From: a virus
IMG/VR virus record: IMGVR_UViG_3300014202_000270
DNA: 58,276 nt
Strand: one strand, 5' to 3'
Made by a program: the position numbers and the translations under genes. Of the stretch, positions 39,701 to 48,100 are shown one piece after another. The notes under the pieces were generated by a model. It was given only the letters and a program-made list of their open reading frames with translations, was not told the origin of the DNA and searched no databases. Each line of letters opens with the position of its first letter. Position 1 is the stretch's first letter.

Positions 39701-42700
39701 CCCAATGCTCAGATAATAGAGGCTATTATTTTCTCTGTAATCAGCCGCCGGCTTATAAATCAAAAGTCATATGGTGAAGGATTAGTACAGGTGCCGGGAT
39801 CTTTTTGGAGAAAAGCTACTGAGTCAGAGCGTAAAAAATGGTTAGGGACAAATAACTTCTTACCATTTTATGAATACGATCCTGTTAGAGTAAAAGCTAT
39901 GAAGGTTGCTCTTACAATGCATGGTGATTATTTAAACTTGTTTCAGAGAAAAGATTTGAATGGTATTAAAATAGGTACCTACGAATTTGTTGAACAAGAA
40001 GATGGTACTACCAAAAAAGTACTTAATCTAGAAGCTAGTCTTAAAAGGTTGAATACTCTTATAAAAGATGATAAGTGGTTAGATAAGGATGATAATCGTA
40101 AAGCTTTAACAATACTTGGTGTAAGGATACCTGTTCAGGGTCAAGGTTCAATTGATGCTGCTGAGATATATGAGTTCTTACCTCCTGGCGCCGGCAACAT
40201 AATTGTTTTACCATCTGAGATTGTTGGTAAGTCTGGTGGTGACTTTGACTTTGACAAACTACCATCTTTGTTTCCAAGAATTAGTAAGTCTGGAAAAATA
40301 ATATCTGCTAGTAACTATGCTACAAAACAAGATGTTAGAAATAGAATTTCTGAATTAGAGAAAGAGCTAAATTTAGATAGGAAAGATGTTAAAAAGTATG
40401 TTAAAGGAATCATCGATAATCTTAAGGCCGACAAGAAAGTAACTAAAGAAGAACTTAATAGTGTCGCAAATATTCTTGAGTATGTTGAGATTCGTAGAGA
40501 CTTTATTGTTGAGGATATTAATAAACTGATTGCTTTAGATATAGAGAATGGTCAATCAAAGTTTTTACCCAAACCATTACAAAAAGCTCTTTCAAAACCT
40601 AATTATGAGAATGAAGACATTATAAAAGCTCTTCGTATATCATCTAAGATTTTAAACAAGAAAGGTGAAAATATTTTGGAGAGGTTTAACAAACGACTAT
40701 ATTCTAAAATCCAGGAGTTTGATAAGTTAAACTTTGAAGAGTTAAAACCTTTGATCGATCAGATAAAACAGATTAAAGGAGTAAGAAATGAGTTCAATGA
40801 CGCAATTGATAGGTCATCAGATTTTCTTTCTGAGATTAAGTATGTTTTAGATGTTGAGCGTAATTTCACCGGCGCGCTGCAAACAGACCTCCTAGAAACA
40901 GCAACAGATATATTACTAAGCCCTGAAAACTATGTGTCTTTAGTAACACCTAACAGCACAGATATATTTGATGATTTAGCAGCAGAGCTTAAAAGAAAAA
41001 CTCAGACTTATAATCCTCTAGAAAGACTCACAACTTCAAAAAATACTGGAGTTATTAGTCCAACAAGACTATTTGAATCTGAGTATAACATTAGTAAGTA
41101 TGAAGCTTATATGACGGCCATGGATGCTTTAGGTATTGGCGCCATCATGAACACTTATAATGTATTACTTAATAGCTTAAATGCTGTTTCACCAGAATCT
41201 TATACAGTTGATATTGGACAGGAAACTGTAGAGATACCTGTTAGAATATTAATGCCTCATCAAAAACGTGGCAAAAGGATATCATTGAGTAACACATATA
41301 CTGCTAAGACAAAAGATGCCGCTTCTCATAAAATATCTGATGTCTTTAACCAGATGATTAATGGTTGGGTTGACGTAGGTAAAGATCCATGGATATTTTA
41401 CATTCAGGGTAATAAAGAGATCACACCAGTTTTGATGTATATGATCATGGCAGGGGTACCTGTAGAATATGCTGTATATTTTGTATCTCAACCTATAATA
41501 AGAGACTTTATAAAAATTAAAGCAAGTACATCAAAAGAAAAAGCTTTAGAAGAATTGTTGGGTCAAAAAAGTGTAGCAAGAATTATAAATGATTCTCAAC
41601 AAAAGTATACTGAAGATTTTAAACTTGCAGATTTAAAGAGTCAGCTAGATCCTTCTGGTTATGATAAAAAGTATCAAGAGAAAGTATTATTCCACTTTGT
41701 TGAGATATTAAATATGTCAGATGCGTTTACCAAATTTACGCGGGCAACAAATGTGGATACTACTAGAGAAAACACATATCTATCAACAAGATCTAGAGAA
41801 GCTGCTATAGCTGAACTTTCTTATGATGGTAGAATAGATCCGTCTTTAATAGAGGCGGTTCAAGATCCTGAAAAATCTATATTAGGTGGATTTTTTATTG
41901 GAGACTTTGCTATAGCGCTAGCAAAAGAAGTTTTACCTTTTAGGTTTAGGTCTGAGGTTGATGACTTTATCAACAGCAAATCTAATGATGATCAGTATAG
42001 AGAACTAGCAAAAGCCAAAACATCTGGTAAAAACAATGGTAATGAGATTCTTAATAGCCTTTTTAGAAACGATCTTATACTAGCGTTATATCAAAATGCT
42101 GTTAGAGGATTTACTTTAGGTTCATCAACATCTTACAATGGGATAGGTGTTACTAGAGATACTCCTGTAAAGTATGCTGACTTTTTAAAATCAGGTGTTC
42201 ATATAGCTTTTGAAAATGGTGTTCCTGTAATAATGGTAGATGCCAATCAGATATACAAGATGTATAATGATCAAGCATTAAAGAATGACAACTTTAAAAA
42301 CTTTTATCCTACGGTAGATGATTATGCTAGATTTTTGATTGAGTATTCTATTTTAGACTACACCAATCCTGAGTTAGATTCAGAAACTAAAAAGGTAAAT
42401 AGGGCAAACTTTAAGAGTCTTAATAGCTATGCTATATTCCAAAACCAGCGTAATAGTTTTGCTAGGATTTTAAATAAACTGGCGTTAAAGAACAAGGCTT
42501 TAACAGAGCAGTTTGTTGTTCTACAAAGTTTGTTTGTAGAGTCTGTAGAAGGTTATGATACTATTACTCTTAAGGATAAAGGTTTAGATAATATAACCGG
42601 TACCTCTTATTACAATGAATTAAAAGCCCTTAAAGACTTTAATGCTGTTAAGCAGCGTGTGCCAAGTTTATCAGATGATTCTATCAAGACCATAAACTTT

Positions 42701-45115
42701 TTGTTCAGGATGTTGCCGCAGGTAATATTTTTACAAGAGGGTTTGAATAAAAACTTTAGCAATCTGGTAAACCTTATTGACTTTAAAACTGAAATCAATC
42801 CTATTATTCAGAATGCTATAAATACTGTTAATAAGAATCAAAAGGATCAAAAAGAAAGTTTTCAAAACTTTTTAGAAAGTTTTTATGCCAGTTTTATCAG
42901 GAATAACAGAATTGGTAATAAAATGCCTGTAAAAATTTATAGGGATCTGGATAAGGCACAACTTGTTCCAGGCGCATATACCAGGTTTATACCAGAAACC
43001 ATAAGAGGTCAAAACCTAAGAGCTGTTAGATCTAAAAAGATGAACAATCTTTTGTTCATGCAATTAAGAGGTGCACAAAAACCTTATGAAGAATATGATC
43101 GTATTATTGATCAAAGTAGTAATGTTATTTATGTTGTTTATCCAACTGTCTTAAATCAAGAGAAAGCCGCTAATTCTTCGTACATAAGAAACTATAAAAC
43201 AAAAGCTCGCTATATACCAATAGCCATAGGTTTTAATAATATAGAAGATGGTTTTGTGGAAGGTGGTGAACAAACAGTTAAACAACAACCTCAGCCAAAA
43301 CAATATAGAACTGAAAGGATTATATCTGATGAAGATGTTAGACTCTTTAATCAGTATAAAGGAAATAGAGCTTTACCTGAAGAATTTTTTACATCAAAGA
43401 CTAGATTTAAAGAGTTTTATAATAGACAAACAGGCAGAAGAGAACCTGCTCCTCAGAGCACTAAATGGTTTTTGAATGAAAAAAACTTGTATGATTTAAT
43501 AGATCAGGAAACAGGAGAGCTTTATATTTCAGATGTAGACTTATCAACAGGTTTGCGTTACATAGAAGTACAACAAGCTCAACCATCTACTACTAGGATA
43601 TCAGAATCAGTAGCCGATATTCCACAAAATAAAGTATCTGGAATAAATTCTTATGGTTCTACAGTAACTGCTAACAATGAAGCTGTTAAAGCACTTGGTC
43701 CAAATCCACATTCTATTGATATGATAGACGCAGGATTTAGAACAAGAACAACCAGAAGTGAATCTGAAATGGTTAAGTATGCTATTAAAGTTGGGGATAC
43801 TATAAAACACTTTGGTAAATCTGCAGATGGCTCAACTAAAACTGTTTATGCTAAGGTAACTGCTATACATCCTAAAGGTTCTGAAGGTTGGAAAGGTACT
43901 TGGAATAAAGAAGGTTGGAAAGCTGAAGATGTGAATGTTATAGATAGATTTAAAGATGGTGCTGCTGCTATAGAGTTTGAAGTAATTCAACCATCTGCTC
44001 AATCTACTCAACCTTCTACTCAAACTAGAACATTTAAAGATGAGGAATATCATCAAGCATATGTAAAAGGAGGACTAGATGCTGTGCGAAAGCTTATACA
44101 AAAGAATAACCAAAAAGAGATGTCTGCTGCAAAACAGCTTTCTAAAGAAGTAGATATGTTAACAGAGTTTGAAGAACTTAATAGTAAACCTGATAAGACA
44201 AACTCTGAAAATGATAGGCTTATTGATTTATATGTAATGCTTAAAAACTCTAAAGAATTAGACTTTGAGTATTCTTTAAATCAGCTTGGTTTATCTACTC
44301 AACAATCTACTCAACCAATCGTTAAAGAAGCTGTTACAAAGATTTCTATTCCGACTAAATCTAAAAAATTAGAATATACAGTTTACAATAGTATTCGAGA
44401 AAAAAACGTTACTAAGTCAGGATATAAATTAACTATTCCAGAGTTTCCAAATGTAGAACTATATTTAACAAATGAAACAGCAACTTATGAATCAAAAGAA
44501 GGCTCTACAGAATTTAATGTAAAAAAGAAACAATGGATAATAGAAGTGAATCATCCTAAAAAAGGTGTAATGTCATTTCCTGTTTCTCCTGGCGTTACTA
44601 CAATAAAAGAAGTATTAGAAGCATTTACAGATGATATAAACAATAAATATTCTAAAACTAAGAACAACTTAGAACTATTAAAAGAAGTAGGAATAGATTT
44701 TGCTCAACCTTCTACTCAACCTGTTGTTACAAAGACCCCTTTACAAACACCAAGTATCACAGATGCTAAGACTCCTAGTGTAGAACAAGCAAAAAAGATA
44801 ATTGATCAACAGCTTGCAAAAATAGAAGAGGTATTAAGCAATCCTGAGAACAATGTGATCATGGATAATAGCTTACTTATATCTGAGAAAACTAAAGAGA
44901 TCGCCGGCGACTATGCTGGGTCAAAAGCTATTGCTGATTATCTTTACGGTGAGATATATAAAAGGTTTGGTCTACCAATTTCTGGCACAGGTAAATTTTC
45001 TGTTAGAGAACTTATACTAGAGAACCAACAAGGTATTGAAGGTGTGGAAGCAGACAAAATCAATAAAGAAGATCTCAATGGTCTAGATTTAGACGGAACA
45101 TGTTTCCGTGCTTAA
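33734..45115 (+). CDS. Giant virion-packaged two-barrel RNA polymerase (phi14:2 gp66-like) with zincin domain and C-terminal accessory modules
   Basis: RIPVQG (40124) ..IVLPSEIVGKSGGDFDFDKL (DFDFD 40241-40255), DGHGYI, HKFS, TQMRK, VDVGKDP; HEAWH..EEYLAE zincin (35825-35839); ASCH-like module 43600-43985. Confidence 0.9.
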   Translation: MNCAISDKQIKTLTAILKSDIIKLKNANSEYSLIPSVQKVYKLVLNSTNDENTALAYARLVPGLIRGIAFHNPDIEGYLVQKGFDLNKLSKAVEKFKDIDQVKKFVGAQSKNIRNLLEIVDKQRIVLSQYETNEDTERRVKVANTPVQFTYRQIPNSDTFQEAAPISPGEVEPATQNLEDTTPFKQRIYNLKRAVFRSESDSESEDSGVNQIKFQGEDLFYTLMRHDDLDNSLELDFFGKNKVERTPAEQSVVKNRENNGLILLITDKNGNPLFFDEDGNITNQDDGKVVYTYPREKDQIAPSKEFPEQQAELIDNLEEAKSQVRNGAKIIFPITGILAPNINIAGSRRIKDIRLDANGLEIQLDEVPLEERGEKIQFTEFADKNAIWEQFLTLKGLVANSNQALEVNKPLFRDLTDLRDAVIFLLSEKEITVGGVPIDFQTRFEYLKTFFQEVKGKGLLKIPNTKTNDLIFDKNSGTVTTIIVKQDGIKETQVYNINDAENLKEVLEAFFNDRNSQYLSVNINRNNWTSGTFYDISVRNNTLNVVENGNYYEWVYNNVSVKATGLNANGQFRAQNPAFVFALSRDFKYVTAQEELPVETDEVPETTPEEDDAKNINPEGSIDTDNFDFDELFRQTDLENKVTQEEIDAAEKWWAQSPLSKHIPLNRLLAIVNSNAWATFSKSGITLYKGSSAVDIYHEAWHGFTQLYLTVAEKTRLYNEVRKKPGTFKTVSGEVVKFSNASFFQIEEYLAEQFRDYARQQTSEKGSPVKNTLFRRIWNFLKSLFGGVTNKTAYVDAMSVPAVAEAFNKLYFGQVLNLQPNINNSMFDVLNSAKSVVDQTPLNLNDEDLNLIRESIDGMVIDTILKKSGIEQQSKALLFLYTQNGRRILFTDIRFAFNDKLREINEQLEEDPDNYNLNNQKRILQIVVDNFGDIDAYAQNKETTGILEFYSRSSNSSISNLVSVNDEDIEAETNPDVTADKELQVQIGDKKINNRLIKDYLPRELLIILSLIPDVSITEGRDADLIAGNKKFVYKRNSLGFPKVKNLGHTINAITKTLINESSYDNMLYKLGEAVDAFPVLGVLKAMLPNQDSFAQTSKTVQKQTLLDILIGFGKAFDKAKMEAFINRQSPQQADAEEGETIRGNLFTIGRATNSLNNVFNNWSSNFKYKTPINRDGSILLDIAKLPKITNDNVSYDKVFQFLEVLGVDLTDTTKRVISSGKIPLTALKEAVLSMKNDIETHKNNQDFLANPLSFFTVKVKRFTSQRTLLGKIADVEMLYSPLYNNSIVLNANGDIVTDVSMHNSMTRKTAALNSSSNLTQAVGFNTAFNEELNPFFKHSIIRSKLFDKNDRRTRNFSLFIGYHLGYQKLDEYGNIVTGLAASDLTANQKFINDFYSFMLEGIMPTLVHESKSSVYVNYIQDQNGSASLYVDANNFVDSILPFQANIIINNYIRAEYERIVLFNTNDLYKKNQALNKDVIVIDSEGNKVTRKAGEVFTAFDDILSAETKENLYRDIAAGISSSESVAANSAAIANDLKSYFEKNEALNRKRFNESSSEIGIDQNIVDRVFNTQNNERLNPQEKNNVLLRAYTVNYFIHRFEMNNFYYGDMAQYDHTKEAGTKYDAGAASGGPGFITDQWILDEINKNYPKTYSESVMRELRPDNAVKATTEILSTSIIKEDTGVRSVSLDDMINKVTELRHQREKGNKRQIKAEVTAAFDKAYGAGMKIGDGHGYINLDTYRHLKIAQDNWLPQQEALYQKIVNGETLDENDAKFFFPTYKLQMYGDLQTEAPITALHKFSLSPLIPNVIEDSLLNDIHKLMIINNIDYITYPSGSKISNVENPVDLYEGNDRNKINMDVEFVVNPVNISYLKEVTSNTNLWKAGQTFATQMRKLIVENLFLDGKIMPGKEVLIEKYLERIKAVTESLENDLLDEIGWVKNPDGTYSGSKEKLAAFLQKQLEKKNIPSYIVDLLSVTEGGEFINDLSALPNAQIIEAIIFSVISRRLINQKSYGEGLVQVPGSFWRKATESERKKWLGTNNFLPFYEYDPVRVKAMKVALTMHGDYLNLFQRKDLNGIKIGTYEFVEQEDGTTKKVLNLEASLKRLNTLIKDDKWLDKDDNRKALTILGVRIPVQGQGSIDAAEIYEFLPPGAGNIIVLPSEIVGKSGGDFDFDKLPSLFPRISKSGKIISASNYATKQDVRNRISELEKELNLDRKDVKKYVKGIIDNLKADKKVTKEELNSVANILEYVEIRRDFIVEDINKLIALDIENGQSKFLPKPLQKALSKPNYENEDIIKALRISSKILNKKGENILERFNKRLYSKIQEFDKLNFEELKPLIDQIKQIKGVRNEFNDAIDRSSDFLSEIKYVLDVERNFTGALQTDLLETATDILLSPENYVSLVTPNSTDIFDDLAAELKRKTQTYNPLERLTTSKNTGVISPTRLFESEYNISKYEAYMTAMDALGIGAIMNTYNVLLNSLNAVSPESYTVDIGQETVEIPVRILMPHQKRGKRISLSNTYTAKTKDAASHKISDVFNQMINGWVDVGKDPWIFYIQGNKEITPVLMYMIMAGVPVEYAVYFVSQPIIRDFIKIKASTSKEKALEELLGQKSVARIINDSQQKYTEDFKLADLKSQLDPSGYDKKYQEKVLFHFVEILNMSDAFTKFTRATNVDTTRENTYLSTRSREAAIAELSYDGRIDPSLIEAVQDPEKSILGGFFIGDFAIALAKEVLPFRFRSEVDDFINSKSNDDQYRELAKAKTSGKNNGNEILNSLFRNDLILALYQNAVRGFTLGSSTSYNGIGVTRDTPVKYADFLKSGVHIAFENGVPVIMVDANQIYKMYNDQALKNDNFKNFYPTVDDYARFLIEYSILDYTNPELDSETKKVNRANFKSLNSYAIFQNQRNSFARILNKLALKNKALTEQFVVLQSLFVESVEGYDTITLKDKGLDNITGTSYYNELKALKDFNAVKQRVPSLSDDSIKTINFLFRMLPQVIFLQEGLNKNFSNLVNLIDFKTEINPIIQNAINTVNKNQKDQKESFQNFLESFYASFIRNNRIGNKMPVKIYRDLDKAQLVPGAYTRFIPETIRGQNLRAVRSKKMNNLLFMQLRGAQKPYEEYDRIIDQSSNVIYVVYPTVLNQEKAANSSYIRNYKTKARYIPIAIGFNNIEDGFVEGGEQTVKQQPQPKQYRTERIISDEDVRLFNQYKGNRALPEEFFTSKTRFKEFYNRQTGRREPAPQSTKWFLNEKNLYDLIDQETGELYISDVDLSTGLRYIEVQQAQPSTTRISESVADIPQNKVSGINSYGSTVTANNEAVKALGPNPHSIDMIDAGFRTRTTRSESEMVKYAIKVGDTIKHFGKSADGSTKTVYAKVTAIHPKGSEGWKGTWNKEGWKAEDVNVIDRFKDGAAAIEFEVIQPSAQSTQPSTQTRTFKDEEYHQAYVKGGLDAVRKLIQKNNQKEMSAAKQLSKEVDMLTEFEELNSKPDKTNSENDRLIDLYVMLKNSKELDFEYSLNQLGLSTQQSTQPIVKEAVTKISIPTKSKKLEYTVYNSIREKNVTKSGYKLTIPEFPNVELYLTNETATYESKEGSTEFNVKKKQWIIEVNHPKKGVMSFPVSPGVTTIKEVLEAFTDDINNKYSKTKNNLELLKEVGIDFAQPSTQPVVTKTPLQTPSITDAKTPSVEQAKKIIDQQLAKIEEVLSNPENNVIMDNSLLISEKTKEIAGDYAGSKAIADYLYGEIYKRFGLPISGTGKFSVRELILENQQGIEGVEADKINKEDLNGLDLDGTCFRA
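43578..44722 (+). repeat. Dispersed QPST linker repeats separating accessory modules
   Basis: Copies of (c)tcaacc(a/t)tctact-like sequence at 43578-43591, 43986-44023, 44294-44317, 44702-44722. Confidence 0.75.
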
Positions 45116-45121
45116 TATTTA

Positions 45122-45129
45122 GTATATTA
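45122..45129 (+). promoter_or_regulatory. GTATATTA candidate phage late promoter element
   Basis: Third copy, in the 19-nt gap, 5 nt before ATG 45135. Confidence 0.5.
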
Positions 45130-45134
45130 GTACC

Positions 45135-48100
45135 ATGGCGTGCAAAATTAGAAACTTAACAGACAGTGCTGTTCAATCACTAATAACAGATATAGTTGTA
45201 AAAACTAATGGTTTATATAAACCAGAAGGTACAACTCTAACTACATCAGCAGAAAACTTTTCTGAGAGTGATCTAGAAAAGATGGTAAAAGACTGGTCTA
45301 TTGGTCAATATAAGAATACAGCTTTTACAGATAACTGGTATACTGTCAACGCCGGGCCCAAAGAAGTTGTGGTAAGCTTTGCGGCGCCAACTAAACTAAT
45401 CAAAGCCTATGAAGTAAAGCTTGGATTAAAATCTCTAGATCAAGCAAATGATGAACTTGCTGGTGTTGAACCTGAAGCCCTTTATCAAGAGTCTGGTGTT
45501 TCAAGAAGAGAATCTATTGACTTAGAAAATATTACACCGCAAGAATTAAAAGATTTAGAGGACAGTGTAAAATACTCAATGGAAGTTGAGAAAGATCAAA
45601 ATCTGTTATCTAAAGGTGGTCAGATGTATCATTATTTAAATGAGATAGATGCTCAAAGATTTGATGATCTAGTAAAAAGATTTGGCGAGTTTCCTAAAGA
45701 GTTTAAGATAACACTAAAAGTTACCAGGTATGAAAAAAGAGAAAACTCTGTAGGATATGATTCTTGGAATGAGTATCAAGATTTGATGTATGTAAAGCTT
45801 AATAACAATAAAAAATCTAATTTATATAAGCTTGTAAATACAGATACCGGCGAGGAAATTGTGCCAAAAATCCGTCTTTTATCAGCGAGTAAAGATGCTA
45901 AAGGAAAAATTGCTGAAGATTATGGTTTAGAGTTTAAGCCTACAAAAATATTTAGTGCTAATCGCAGCATTGCTTTTGTTTTATATGTTCAGAAGCCTAA
46001 TAAGAAAAAGTATATATCTTTTGCTAAAAAGTATATTTATGATGCTATAAAGTTTTTACCTTCTGGAGCAGGTATAAAATATATAAACTTAGATCTTATT
46101 GAAAAGTTTTTAGAGGCATATCCTGAAGAAATGTGGGACTATATTAATACTACATATTCTCCAGAAGATAGTACTAATATTAATGCTTCTATAAATATTC
46201 AAAATAATATAAGATTTAAATTACCTAAACTAGGTCTTTTAGAAGCTATAGAAAAAATTACAGGTATTAAGTTACAGGGTGCAAGTTTTAAAAACTATGA
46301 TAGAACAGGAGGTGTTAAAAAGGTACTGCGTGTAGAATGGGGAGAACGTGTTACAATAGATTATACTAAACTTAGTGAAAAACAGTTAAGAAAAGCTATT
46401 TCTTATTATTTGCGTTCTAAAAATTACTTTAAACCTTCTTCAGTAGAAGAAAATGTAAGAAAGTATGCAGAGCATAACGGTATTGATTATGATAAACTAA
46501 GAGAGCTTGTATTTGGTGATATTGATGAAGCTATAGAAAATATAGCTTATAATACTACGGGTAACTCAGATGAAATGGAAGTTTCTAAATGGAGAGAATC
46601 TATTAGAGAATATGATTGGCAATCAGTTGAATTGTTTAGTAAACCATATAAAGACTATTTAAAAACTGCTAAAGAAAGAATCACTAAAAAGTTTAAGGAT
46701 AAAACTTTATCTAATGGTATATCTCATTTAGATTATTTCTTTACTGGTAATTTTAACTGGTTAAACATTAACTTAAACAGAATATCTGGTCAGTACTATT
46801 TAAGTGATATGGAAACACCCGCAGATGTTGGTGTTGATTTTAAGATGATGGGTTTTGCTAATCCTTTTGAAGTAGCAAACTATAAAAAACCGGTACCTGG
46901 TAAAACATTTTTACCTGAAGAAGAGGTATTTAATAGATTAGCTGCTGTTTTACACGAACCATTTCATGCTCTTCATGCATTGTCTTATGGAACAAAAGAA
47001 GAGTTGGAGTTAAGAAAAGCATTCCAGGCTTTATATGATACAGATTTTGGTAAAACAATGTTGTCTCAAACATTTGGTGGTACATACAATAAAAAAAATG
47101 TATCATTTGATCTGGCCTATAAAGAGTTTTCTGCATTTTTTACGCAGATGATGCTGTTTCCAAAAGATTGGATTAACGCAACAGATTTAAGAAGTAATGA
47201 TATATATGAGTTTTATGAAAAGATTGCTACACTAGACGATAAACAATATACAGAAATTGTCAAAACTCTTGAAAAGATTGGTACTGAAGAAGTTGTTGTT
47301 ACAGAAGAAGAAAAACTAAAGCTTACTTTTTTACAAAAGCTTTATAACTTTTTGGTTAAAGCTCTTAATAATATTATCCCTTTATCTAAGAAGTTCTTTT
47401 CAGTTATTCAGGAGTCAAGACTTGTTGATAAAACTGTTATTAAAGATGTTTTTGGAGAGGTTGAAAAAGAGGTTGTTAGAAAAGTTCCTTTACCAAAGGA
47501 GCTTCGTGCTAAAAAGGAAGAGTTTTTAGCAGCAATGGATGATTTTAAAAATGCTATCAATGTCTTAATGAACATTGATACTGAACTTTTTTCATCAGAG
47601 AATATAGCAAATTTCTTTTATAAAGAGGGTCCTTTTTATCAAGAGACAGGAACACCAATTAAACCAGGTGTACAAGAACTATTTGATTCTAATCCTGAAT
47701 TAGCTAATCAAGTATATGAAGCTTTAGGATTTAAAACTAAAATAGATAACAAATTTAGTCTGACGAAAAATGATACATTATATAAAAAATTAGAAGAAGG
47801 CATAAATACTTATCAAATAAATTATGACGGTAGAGTTATTGGTAAAATTGCTGTATTTGATACTGGTAAAAACATAACTATAAAAGGGTTAGAGTTTAAT
47901 CAAATTGAAAGAAATAAAGGATTAGGTAAGAATTTTTATAAATGGTTAAATAATGAAGCTAATAAAAAAGGAGGTGTTTTATGGGGAGACCCTGAACAAA
48001 TAAGTCCTGATGCTTATAGAGTTTGGGAATCTTTAAATAAAGAAGGATTAGTAGATATTACTAAATCTACTCCAAGGTTTATAGAGACACAAATTACCCC

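Noticed and set aside
13243-44722. CRISPR array or diversity-generating retroelement explanation for the repeats
   Set aside because: Repeats are in-frame coding linkers with kb-scale irregular spacing; no reverse transcriptase or adenine-specific TR/VR pair seen
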